DNA from: an uncultured Acidobacteriota bacterium
GTDB lineage: Bacteria > Acidobacteriota > Blastocatellia > RBC074
Direction: 5' to 3'
NCBI GenBank assembly: GCA_963796275.1
Contig: CAWCKY010000004.1
Span: 1,472,001 to 1,536,000, forward strand
DNA: 64,000 nt
Part shown: one piece after another, positions 12,077 through 22,719 of the stretch
How the letters are laid out: each line of letters opens with the position of its first letter
How positions within the stretch are numbered: the stretch's first letter is position 1
Program-made: the position numbers and the translations under genes
The notes under the pieces: model-generated
The model's database searches: none
What the model was told of the DNA's origin: nothing
Seen by the model: the letters and a program-made list of their open reading frames with translations, nothing else

Positions 12077-12165
12077 AGAATCAGTACCGCGAGCGGTAGC
12101 GAGCGAGCCTTCATCAGTGGCTGATTGATATAATCTCGCTCGCTACCGCTCGCGGTACTGATTCT
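12077..12165. repeat. REP-like palindrome, 31 bp perfect arms with 27 nt loop, between the two macroglobulin genes
   Basis: AGAATCAGTACCGCGAGCGGTAGCGAGCGAG (12077-12107) and its exact reverse complement (12135-12165). Confidence 0.9.
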
Positions 12166-12270
12166 CTCTTCTGATCTGTCAAAGAGCCTTCCAAGGTTAA
12201 GGGTAGCGCCAGCTTATTACTCTATTTGTGGTTTTCGTGGTGAATCTTCCTCACGAAGAGGTATTCAGGT

Positions 12271-15200
12271 TCATTCAATCACCACCCGATCAGTCCCGCC
12301 CCGCCCAAAAGTCTCCGGATGATACATCTCTTCGGCCTTCGATGGCGGCACCACGAATACTCCCGGCGTCGTCGCCCGTGCCACATATGAATAATTATGC
12401 ACTCCCTCCCATAGTATCGACGCAAACGCCTCCACCCGCTCGTCCCTCATATTCTGATGCTCGAACCATGGCCGTCTCCACCACCACCAATTCCCCGTAC
12501 TCTGCTCCTTCGGGTCCTGCGCTATCGGCCCCGTCGTCGCCAGCGCCGGGTTCTGCGCTTCCAGCCCCGCCGGCAGCGGATCTACCAGCGCCACGTGATA
12601 TCTCCTCGCCTGCGCCACCATCGTCAGCCTCACTCGCACCTGCGCCCCTGCCTTGATCCGCCACGTCCCGTCCTCCTCCCGCCTCACATCGTTCGCGTTA
12701 TCTATCGCTTCGTATACTCGCGTCACCGTGAATCCGTAGTCCGCCGGCTTCAACTGCAGGCTCTCCGGCGCATACTTCATCCCGATCCGGTAATACATTC
12801 GCCCATCCCCCTCCTTGCTCAATGCCAGGTTCTGCGGCCCTCCCTCTCTCATCAGATAACTCATCGGCACTTCGATCTGATGCCGCTCGGTAGTACGCCC
12901 ACGGAACTCGTGCCCCCCAGCATAGGCCTCTCCCAGCCATGCGCGCGCCACGAAATCCGGCGTGGCTTTTTCATAGACAGCGAAGTACCGGTCGAGTGCC
13001 AGCAGGACGAATGCGTTCTCCTGCGTGTTGCTCCAGCGCCCCTGTTTGCGATGTGCCAGCAGACCGCGGACGATCTTGGGGATGAGGTCGTTCTTCGGAT
13101 CGTCGCCGATCAGGGCTTCCAGGATGATGGCGTCGGCGCGGCGGTCTGAATGGAGGATCAGATGCGCGCCGTCCTTGTACGTGGTCGTGAAGTGAGCCGC
13201 GGCAGCCGTCTCTTCGGCCCGGTTGTCGAAATGGCGGCGGATGGCTGCGACCTCTGCCTGCGAGTTGGCATTCCCGGAGATCACGGGTAAGAGCCAGCCC
13301 AGCGCTTCAAGCGGAAGCTTGTCCGCGCCGCCTGCATCCGCGATCAATCCGCGCGCCTTCCCTGTATCCCGGTCGCCCATTCGATTTCTGACATAGAGCG
13401 AGTACGAGATCAGCACGCGCCGCGTCTCGATGCCATACCAGCTTGGAATGTGCTGCTCGATGTTGCGAATATAATTCTTCGATCTTTCGAGCATCTCTGG
13501 TAGCACATCGAACCCCTTCTCCTTAGCGCGCTGCAGCGTATGAGCAACATGAATGCTAAGGTAGGGCCATGAGTCATTATCACGCTGCCAGAAACCGAAG
13601 CCTCCATCTTCATTCTGCAGCCCGCGCAATCGCTCCATATCGCGTTTGACCGATGCAATCAATTCATCGGCTTTCGGCAACCCCTTGGCATCGAAGGCCG
13701 CGAGCACGTCGCGCAGCGCCGCGATCGCCAGAACTCGCGATGCGATCTGCTCCGCGCATTCGAACGGATAAGTAGTCAGGTAGATCACGGCATCGGTCAA
13801 TGCTTGAAGTTGCGTCGATGAAGTCGCGATTTCGAGCCCGCCGAATTGTTTGATCGCATCCGACGGCGCTTTGACCGGCTGAATGAGCGCGCCGGCGTCG
13901 ATTTCGCCATATGTCGCAAAGGCTTCAGTAGTCGCGGGAGTCCAGACCGGCAAGCTCACTTCTGAAGCGTCCGACCATTTGCCCGATGCGCCGACGACCT
14001 GGAAGCGCGCCGTGCCGGGTTGTGCGGCAGCCGCAGGGAATCGCACCTCGACACGGTCATTTGCGGGCACAGTGACGCGGCGGCCCTGGCCTGACGCCAG
14101 TTGAGCGTTCGACGCGCGCATAGCAAGTTCCACCTGCATCGGCGAATCGGTCTGGTTTTGAACGACAACCGGCAATTCAATCTTATCGCCGAAGTTAAGG
14201 AAGCGTGGCGCGGATGGCCGCACCATCAGCGGCAAACGCGCGGTGATTGAAGATTCGGCCGAACCGAACTGCTTTTCGCCCGCGGCAGCCACGACCATCA
14301 CTCGATAACGCGTCAGGTTGTCGGGCAATTTGACCTTGACGCTAGCGCGGCCGTTGGAATCAGCGGTGATTGTGGGAACAAAGGCAGCGAGCGCATTGAA
14401 GTCGAGGCGGTTGTGAATCGGGACCTCGGATTGCTTTGCACTGTCCGAAAATGCCTCTAATTTTCCGGATAATCTGTCCATTGCTCCCGAATCCGCCCTC
14501 ATTGCCATATTACTCAGAGCCCTCGACTCCAGAGCAAGAGGCTTGGCTACAGCTTGTGCCTCAGCCCTATCACCTCCTCCTGATCCCAATTGGCTGATCA
14601 AATCATCAGCCCTTCCGAGCTGCACTCTGCTCCGCAGATGATGACTCCTCACGATATCACCACGAATAGCGTAAAAAGTATTGAGCGGATCGGCCAGTTT
14701 ATAATTGGTCAAAGCCAGCACTGCTTCATCAACCACTACCAGCGCGACATCGCCGCCGTTCACCGCTTTGCCATCCGCATAGCGCAATTCGACGTCGACG
14801 TAAGTCTCCGCCCCCGGCTCGGTCTCTCTATCTCTCGGAGTGACGGTGACAGCCAGCTTCCGTTTCGCCGGCGGGACCGAAAGATCCAATGTCCCGGACG
14901 CAAATGCCGGCCGTTTCGGCAATTTCGCGTCGGGCTTGCCTTCGCTGTCGGTCCGCGACGACGCTCCAACCAGATCGATCTGCACTTGAAGATTGGGCAC
15001 GAGGTCATCGCTAATCGGAATCTTCAGAGTGTACGAGGCGCTCGACATCGTAAAACGCTCGCTCTTCGCTATACCGGTATGCCGCAGCGTCACCACGCCC
15101 TCGGCGGGAAAGAACGGCGCCTGCACCAGGATCTCCGCCGTCTCGCCCGATCGATAATCTTTGCGGTCCGGTATCAACTCGACCATCTCCTGCGCCAGAT

Positions 15201-18200
15201 CGCGTCGCGGTGGCTGCTTGCCGCCCGCCACCCAGACCGTCATCTCGCTCTCATTGCGGCGCTCGCGGTCGTCGATGACGCTGGCGGTGATGCGGTACAC
15301 TCCTCCCTCTTTCGTCTCGAAGCGGCATTTCACCGGATCATTGCCCGATTTGATTATGCAGTCCTGCGGGTCGGTCTCCTGCTGGCGGTATTCGCCCTTC
15401 TCGAAGACCCAATCGATCATCGCCGCGCGCAACCTGATCTCGCGGTTGGCGATCAGCTTGCCGTCCAGATCGCTGACGATCGATTCGACGATGATCGGTT
15501 CGCCCTTCTGCACGAACAAACGCGAGCTGCGAATCCCGACGTACAGTTCCGACGGATGCACCAGCAGATTGATCGAGCCGCCGAAATTCTGGCGATTGAC
15601 ATCCTGCACATTCGCATAAGCCGTGATGTTCGTCGGCCGCGGCGGATCGACCGAATCGAAATCAATCCGCAGGTAATGCTTTCCGGCTGCGTCGGTGCGG
15701 CCGGCGAACTCCTGGGTTTTCGAGTTTCCGTCGACACCGTGGTAACCCCACCACGGTATCCATTTGCCGAAAATGAAGTCGCTGCGATTGGGGGGCGTGT
15801 AATTGGCCGGCGTCGCCGTCACGTTCCAGCGGACCTCGGCATTAGGCAGACCGCCGCCCGCATAATAACTGGCCGCGGCGGTCAGATTGGCGTGGCTGCC
15901 GATGAAATGCGGCCCCTGGCTTGCGGTCGCCTTCACCTCATACTCGGGCCGGCGAAACTCCTGCACGCGGAAATAATGATAGTGGGCATCACCTTCAACC
16001 GCACCAGCCTCCGTTGCCTTCATCTCCAACAACCCGTAACCCAAATTCATCGTCGGCGGCAATTTGAAAGACATATCGAATCCGCCCAGAGAATTGACTC
16101 GGGCCGAGCCTTTCAGGACCTCGTTGCCGCGAGAATCCTTGAGCGAGTAGCTCACATTCTCCGCACTACCGAACAAACCCACGTCGCCCTTGGGCCCACC
16201 GATTATCCGCCGCAGCCAGCCCTTGAGGTGGACCTCTTCTCCCGGTTTGTACATCCCGCGGTCATCGAAGACGTGCCAGCGCAGTGAATCCCTCAATCCG
16301 CGGTTCACCCATCCGGTTTGAGTGTTCCACCAATCGAAGCTTTCGGGCAGGATAGCCAGGTCTTTACCCTTGCGCGCGATGAGCAGTTTCCGAACATCCG
16401 ACTGCCGACTGCCCCGACTGCCCCGACTGGTTCGGCAATTCCATACGCGCCAGGCCGTCATTTCCGGTCTTCAGGCCGTCTCCTGCGCTGGCGCTCGATT
16501 TTTCGTCGACGATCTTCATCTGCACATCGCCGAGCGGCTTTCCATCCCGGAGCGATGTCGCCCATCCGAGCAGGTTCGTTTGATCGACGAATGCATCGAG
16601 CCCGATATCCGTCGCCTGAATCCATACCTGAATCGAGCGCCGCTCCCACTGAGTCTTAGCCGGCTGCACTGCCTCGACATTCAATATCATCTGGCCGAAA
16701 CCTTCATTCAGTGCCGGTTTCAGGTCGACGGCAGTTTCAGCCAGATCGTCGGGCTTCTCCGCGATGTCGATGACTTTCGAATAAACCAACCGTCCGATCG
16801 CCGGCATCGATCTTTGCCGATTCCCCCGCTGATAGCCGTATTGCATCGCCGTTCGCATAAAATCGTTGAACCGATCCCAATGTTCGGGACCGACCGAATA
16901 AAGGCTGACTCTCACTTGCGAATGATTGATGCTGAAGATAGAGAACCGCGGCGCCGCGAAGGGGTCGAGCACGGCCAACCCCTCGATGGAGGCAGCCAGA
17001 TTGGGCGATGCCGGCCCGACGTCGAAGGTGACTGTTTTGTTCTCGCCGAGCGTCTGGCCGAAGATGTCTCGCAGCGAGGCGTTGAGCGTTACTTTATACG
17101 TTGTGCGTCCCCGGCTTGCGCCCTGAATATTGATCACCTCACCATAATTATTCACCTTCATCCCCGGCAATTCCGGTTCGACGCGAATCTGGCTCTTGTC
17201 GAAGGCTTTCAGATCGAGTGGGTTGTTGAATTGCAATGTCCATGGGAATCCCGGTTCACAACCTCTCTGATAGCCTCCGCGCTCATGCTTGACGATCTGA
17301 AGCGGGCCGTAAGTCCGAAACTCGAAACTCTGTCTGGATGTTGTGACGCGGGATCCTTCGACGGATGGCGCCCCGTTCTTGAGCGTTACGGCGTAATTGG
17401 CGCCGGTCAATAGAGGATTGTTTGCCTCGCCGCCCGTCGCTCGAAGGGCAATCCAACAATCCTTGTTCGCGATGCTCGCCATTTGTCGCGCGTTATCATC
17501 GGTTGCGACCTCTTCCGCGGTCGCCATCCGCAGTTTCGAATCACGATTCGATGTCCTGAGCTGAATGTATTCAAGCAGGTCTTGCGGATCGATGCGCTGA
17601 TCGAACTCGATGAAGATGACCGGGTTGCGAGAATGCGGTGAGCCGACGGGATACTTCGTTTTTATCTGGAGCGGCGGGGTCGAGAATGTCCATCTCTTAG
17701 CGGCAGCGAGCGTCCCGCCGTTTGTCGATTTGGTCCCGGCGGGGATTTCAACCGTGTAATTCGTCGCCATCGGAAACCGGCCTTCCGGTTCAAACAGCAG
17801 GGTCTTCGTCCCGATCCACCGCCATTTGCCCTTCGGCTGCGGCGAGAGTTTGACCGGGACATCGAGCGCGGCCAGGTCCGAATTCGACGTCACCGGGACC
17901 ATCGGTTGCGAGAACGTGATGCTCAGATGCGGCACGATCGGCACTTCGCCTTCGGGCGCGAACCGTGCGATTTCCAGAGGGCCTGAAGAAGCCTGATCGG
18001 GTGCGGTCGCGCGATCAGACGGCGGGAAGGACTCGCTGATTGTCTGACCCGTGCGTGGGGGAGGCAGAGAGCGATCGCGCAATGCGAAATCCTTCTCGTC
18101 ATCGGCTTCCGATTTGATCGGCGGCAATCGCTTGAGCAGGTTCTGCGCGGTTTCGTCGGAGAGAAGCTCGGCTGGCGGCGCGGAGATCTGCGGCCGTTGT

Positions 18201-18400
18201 TCGGACTCAGCCTTACCCTCGCTCAGGCGAAATATCAGGCCGTCCTTGTTTCCCGTGTTACCTTGCATTATGCCCCTCTGACCTCGACTGCCGCTCGCGT
18301 CCGAAAGAAGAACGAACGGCAAGACCAAGATGCATAAACAAATCAACAGGAGCGAGCGATCAGCGACAAATTTCAGGCGATACATCGGCAAAAATCTCAC
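12271..18400 (-). CDS. Bacterial alpha-2-macroglobulin family protein, copy 2 (frameshift near 16405)
   Basis: Same domain order as copy 1, with FDDRGMYKPGE, LPDNLTRYRV and YPFECAEQ. ORFs 16364-18400 and 12271-16461 join at a 9-bp CAGTCGGGG tandem repeat. Confidence 0.92.
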
Positions 18401-18671
18401 TTTCTATCCAAACAGCCATCCCATCAAATTTCGGTTACGTTTATCATCCATAGACCGAACGCTGAGGGCGGCTATTCTTGCAGCTTACTGAAGTTTTCAG
18501 ATCAATAAGTATATCCGAATCTATCCGGGGGTGGCGTAGCCATCTCGTCTATCTCGATGCGAAGAAACCCGCCATATGTGACGCAGAATTCCTGGCTTTT
18601 GTTCCTTTTCTTTTCTTTAATAGCCGGTTGTTTCCTTGCCTGTCTCGAGCGGCGATGGATATGATACCGAT

Positions 18672-19403
18672 ATGAGCGTTCCGACTGCTGCCATACTTGT
18701 GATCGGCGATGAGATTTTGAGCGGGAAGACCGAAGAACAGAATGCCCACCTGCTCATCGGTGAACTGCGCGAACTGGGAGTCGCGCTGCGCCGCATCGCC
18801 GTCATACCCGATGACATCGAAGAGGTTGCGTCAGCGGTGCGGGAGCTTTCCGCTCGCTTCGATCACGTATTCACATCGGGAGGGGTCGGCCCGACACACG
18901 ACGATGTCACTATAGTCGGCATCGCACGCGCATTCGATAGATCGATCGTTCGCCATCCCGATCTTGAAAGGAGGATCCGGTCCTTCTTCGGAGAAGAGGT
19001 CGATGAATCGCGCCTGAGGATGGCCGACGTGCCGGAAGGCTCCGAATTGATCGATGCGCCCGACCTGCGGTGGCCGATGCTCGCGTGTGCAAATGTCTAC
19101 ATCCTGCCGGGAGTGCCCGAGCATTTCCGCCGCAAATTTATCGCGATCCGCGAACGCTTCCGCGTTGCGCCTTTTTATGCGCGCGCGATCTACACGCTCG
19201 AAGACGAATTCGATCTGGCCGGAAACCTGCGCGCAGTTGCCGATGCTCACCCTCAAGTAGGCATCGGTTCTTATCCAAATTTCTCTTCGAATGACTACCG
19301 CGTCAAACTCACGCTCGAATCGAAAGATTGCGATGCCCTTGAAGCTGCCGCGAAAGAGTTAATGGCGATGCTCGACCGGGATAAATTCGTGCGCAGCGAA
19401 TAG
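18672..19403 (+). CDS. CinA-like / molybdopterin-binding domain protein (COG1058 pyrophosphatase family)
   Basis: AAILVIGDEILSG, VFTSGGVGPTHDDVT, YILPGVP. No PncC C-terminal domain. Confidence 0.85.
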   Translation: MSVPTAAILVIGDEILSGKTEEQNAHLLIGELRELGVALRRIAVIPDDIEEVASAVRELSARFDHVFTSGGVGPTHDDVTIVGIARAFDRSIVRHPDLERRIRSFFGEEVDESRLRMADVPEGSELIDAPDLRWPMLACANVYILPGVPEHFRRKFIAIRERFRVAPFYARAIYTLEDEFDLAGNLRAVADAHPQVGIGSYPNFSSNDYRVKLTLESKDCDALEAAAKELMAMLDRDKFVRSE

Positions 19404-19505
19404 ATTATGCTACAATTCGCGGTTCAATTTCTCAGGTCCATCCTGAACCGGATGGCATCTAAAATGAACTCTTATTTCGAAACGAGTGAAATAAGAAATG
19501 AACGT

Positions 19506-20786
19506 ATGATCCAAACTATCCGAGGAACAAGAGATATACTGCCGGTTGATATGCCGCTCTGGCGCCGCGTCGAAGAGATCGCGCGCGAGGCATTCCGCCG
19601 CTATGGCTTCCGCGAAATACGCACGCCGATCATCGAAAAGACCGAGCTTTTCGCCCGCGGCGTTGGCGAAGCGACGGACATTGTACACAAGGAGATGTAT
19701 ACCTTTATCGATCGCGGACGCGAAGATCGCGAGGGCGAATCGTTAACTCTGCGGCCCGAGAATACGGCCTCCGTAGTGCGCGCATACATACAACACAAAA
19801 TGTTCGCCGACAAATCGCCCGGCGAACTGACGCGGCTCTATTATATGGGGCCGATGTTCCGCCGCGAACGGCCGCAAGCCGGGCGCTACCGCCAGTTCTA
19901 TCAAATCGGCGCCGAAGTCATGGGATCGAGCGACGATCCGGCCATCGAGGCCGAAGTCATCGAGATGCTCGACTGGTATTTGCGGGAGTTGAAGATCACC
20001 AATACCACGCTTTTAATTAATTCAGTCGGCGAACCGGGCATGCGAGCGGAATATCTCGAAGAGTTGCGCAGGGCGATTACCCCTACGCTTGCCCAACTCT
20101 GCGGCGATTGCCGCCACCGCTTCGAAACCAACCCGCTGCGCGTCTTCGATTGCAAGATCGAAAGCTGCCAGCCGGTCATCGCAACTCTGCCGGTCATCAC
20201 CGATTCGCTCGACGATGCCTCGCGCGAGCACTTCCAATGTTTCAAAGCGCATCTCGATGCCAGGGACATCTCCTACACCGTCAACCCGCGAATGGTGCGA
20301 GGGCTGGATTATTACACGCGTACGGCGTTCGAGATCACCGGCAACGACGGCCTCGGCTCCCAGAACACGCTGGTCGGCGGCGGGCGTTATGACGGGCTGT
20401 CGGAGACGCTCGGCGGGCCGCCGGTGAAAGGCTTCGGGTTCGCGTTCGGTCTCGATCGGATGGTGTTGTCATTGTCTGAAGATGAAGCGAAGAGACTGCG
20501 CGTAGAAGAAGCGGTTGATGTCTATATAGTCTTTCTCGGCGAAACAGCCCGAGATCGCTCGTTCATTATCGCGCGCGAGCTGCGAGCGGCCGGTATCGCG
20601 GTATTGCTCGAATTCGAAGAGAGGAAGATCAAGAAGGCGATGACTCAGGCGGCCAAGTCGGGAGCGCGCTTCGCATTGATCGTCGGTGAAGATGAAGTGG
20701 CTCAAGACAGATATGGCCTGAAAAATTTAGCGTCGGGAGAACAGGAATCATTATCTCTGGAGGAGATAATTGACAAGCTTAGATGA
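19506..20786 (+). CDS. hisS: Histidine--tRNA ligase
   Basis: IRGTRDILP, LRPENTAS, MFRRERPQAGRYRQFYQ, RGLDYY, GGGRYDGL. Confidence 0.97.
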   Translation: MIQTIRGTRDILPVDMPLWRRVEEIAREAFRRYGFREIRTPIIEKTELFARGVGEATDIVHKEMYTFIDRGREDREGESLTLRPENTASVVRAYIQHKMFADKSPGELTRLYYMGPMFRRERPQAGRYRQFYQIGAEVMGSSDDPAIEAEVIEMLDWYLRELKITNTTLLINSVGEPGMRAEYLEELRRAITPTLAQLCGDCRHRFETNPLRVFDCKIESCQPVIATLPVITDSLDDASREHFQCFKAHLDARDISYTVNPRMVRGLDYYTRTAFEITGNDGLGSQNTLVGGGRYDGLSETLGGPPVKGFGFAFGLDRMVLSLSEDEAKRLRVEEAVDVYIVFLGETARDRSFIIARELRAAGIAVLLEFEERKIKKAMTQAAKSGARFALIVGEDEVAQDRYGLKNLASGEQESLSLEEIIDKLR

Positions 20787-20939
20787 CCTTTTCAGGATGA
20801 GAGATAGCAGATTGAATATCTTGAAAATCGTATCACCAGTCCTCAAAAGGACTGGCCTATTTGCCCTGCGGGAAAGCCCGATGAATCGGGCTTGGGAGTT
20901 ACGAAAAATCTATAGTTTTAGTGAATTCGGTAATAAAGC

Positions 20940-22718
20940 ATGCTCGATCATTTAGGACAATCGAAACGAACGCATAACTGCGGCGAGCTTCGCCAGGAGC
21001 ACGCCGGACAAAAGGTCACCTTGATGGGCTGGGTCAACAGTTTCCGCGATCACGGGTCTGTACTCTTCGTCCATCTGCGCGATCGCGAAGGAATCACACA
21101 GGTCGTCTTCGACGAAAAATACGATCTCGAATTGCTCACACGCGCCAAGCAGGCACGCTCCGAATACGTGCTCGCCGTAACGGGCGCCTGCGTCATGCGC
21201 GATGGGAAGAATCACAACCCGAACATGCCGACCGGCGAGGTCGAGGTGATCGCCGAGGAGCTCAAGGTCCTCAACGATTCGCAGACACCGCCCTTCGAGA
21301 TCGACAATTGTAAAGCTTCGGAAGAGTTGCGATTGAAGTACCGTTACCTCGATCTGCGGCGGCCGGAGATGCAGATCAACTTCAAACTGCGGCACAAACT
21401 GGCGCTGGCGGCTCGCCGGGTGCTCGACGAGCAGGGATTCTACGAGATCGAGACGCCGATCCTGACCAAGTCAACTCCCGAAGGGGCGCGCGATTACCTG
21501 GTTCCTTCGCGAACATTTCCAGGCAAATTCTTCGCGCTTCCTCAATCGCCGCAGCTCTTCAAACAGTTGTTGATGATCGCCGGATACGATCGCTATTTCC
21601 AGATAGCGCGTTGTTTCCGCGACGAGGACTTGCGAGCGGACCGCCAGCCGGAATTCACCCAGATCGACATCGAGATGAGCTTCGTACAGCCCGATGATGT
21701 CTTCGGCGTGGTCGAACCCCTCGTCTGCGAATTTTTCAGAGTAACCGGGATCGAACCGCCGCAGCGCCCATTCCCCAGGATGTCTTACAAAGACGCGATG
21801 GACCGTTACGGATCGGATAAACCCGACCTGCGGTTCGGGCTGGAGTTCGTCGATCTGAGCGCCCAATTCGAGGGCAGCCCGTTCACACTATTCGCCGATG
21901 CCGTGAAGAAGGGTGGAGCGGTGAAAGGCATCGTCGTGCCCGGGGCGGCCAAGTGGTCGCGCAAGCAGTTCGACGAAATCGTGGAGATCGCCAAACGGTA
22001 CGGCGCCGGCGGGCTCGCCTATATCCAGGTGCTCGAGGGCGAGCGCAAGTCGGCGTTGTCGAAATCCGTCAACGCGGAGGGCATCGAGGCGCTGATCAAG
22101 GCGGCGGGCGCCGAAACCGGCGACGCGGTTATGATGATCGGCGGGAAATGGGACGTCGTATGCACGAGCCTGGGAGCAGTGCGGTTGGAGATCGCGCGCC
22201 GCGAGAACCTGATCAACGAGAACGACTATCGTCTATTGTGGGTCGTCGACTTCCCCATGTTCGAGTATCACGACGACGACAAGCGCTGGTACGCGATGCA
22301 CCATCCATTCACCTCGCCGATCGACGCGGACATCGACAGGCTCGCGGGCGGCGACCTGGGCTCGGTGCGCGCGAAAGCTTACGATCTGGTCTTCAACGGC
22401 AATGAGCTCGGCGGCGGTTCAATTCGAATCCACCGTTCCGACGTGCAGGCGCAGGTCTTCAAGGCGCTGGGGCTGACTGAAGAGGAGGCCCGGGAAAAGT
22501 TCGGTTTCTTCCTCGATGCGTTGAGTTTCGGTACGCCGCCGCACGGAGGCATTGCGCTGGGCCTCGATCGAATCGCGATGCTGTTTGCCAAGGGTAAATC
22601 GCTGCGCGAGGTGATCGCATTTCCGAAGGTTGCAAGCGGGTCGGATTTGATGACCGATAGCCCGAGCGCGGTCTCGCCCGAACAGCTTGCGGAGTTGAAG
22701 ATCAAAACGCTGGCTTAA
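20940..22718 (+). CDS. aspS: Aspartate--tRNA ligase (likely non-discriminating Asp/Asn type)
   Basis: RTHNCGELR, RDHG, RLKYRYLDLRR, STPEGARDYLVPSR, LPQSPQLFKQ, PPHGGIALGLDR. Confidence 0.97.
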   Translation: MLDHLGQSKRTHNCGELRQEHAGQKVTLMGWVNSFRDHGSVLFVHLRDREGITQVVFDEKYDLELLTRAKQARSEYVLAVTGACVMRDGKNHNPNMPTGEVEVIAEELKVLNDSQTPPFEIDNCKASEELRLKYRYLDLRRPEMQINFKLRHKLALAARRVLDEQGFYEIETPILTKSTPEGARDYLVPSRTFPGKFFALPQSPQLFKQLLMIAGYDRYFQIARCFRDEDLRADRQPEFTQIDIEMSFVQPDDVFGVVEPLVCEFFRVTGIEPPQRPFPRMSYKDAMDRYGSDKPDLRFGLEFVDLSAQFEGSPFTLFADAVKKGGAVKGIVVPGAAKWSRKQFDEIVEIAKRYGAGGLAYIQVLEGERKSALSKSVNAEGIEALIKAAGAETGDAVMMIGGKWDVVCTSLGAVRLEIARRENLINENDYRLLWVVDFPMFEYHDDDKRWYAMHHPFTSPIDADIDRLAGGDLGSVRAKAYDLVFNGNELGGGSIRIHRSDVQAQVFKALGLTEEEAREKFGFFLDALSFGTPPHGGIALGLDRIAMLFAKGKSLREVIAFPKVASGSDLMTDSPSAVSPEQLAELKIKTLA

Positions 22719-22719
22719 G

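Larger units (their letters stand above)
5858..12978. repeat. ~710 bp identical direct repeat: 5858-6567 = 12269-12978 (3' ends of both macroglobulin genes)
   Basis: ORF translations are identical in several frames at offset 6411. The first mismatch seen is 6568/12979, and high identity continues to ~6800/13210. Confidence 0.9.

Noticed and set aside
5858-13210. Diversity-generating retroelement (TR/VR pair) in the macroglobulin 3' repeats
   Set aside because: The differences examined are synonymous and not adenine-specific, both copies are coding, and no reverse transcriptase is in the window.
14590-16287. 565 aa plus-strand ORF and other long antisense ORFs (33366-34583, 55252-56229)
   Set aside because: Each lies opposite a well-supported gene; such ORFs are expected in high-GC3 DNA and show no motifs.
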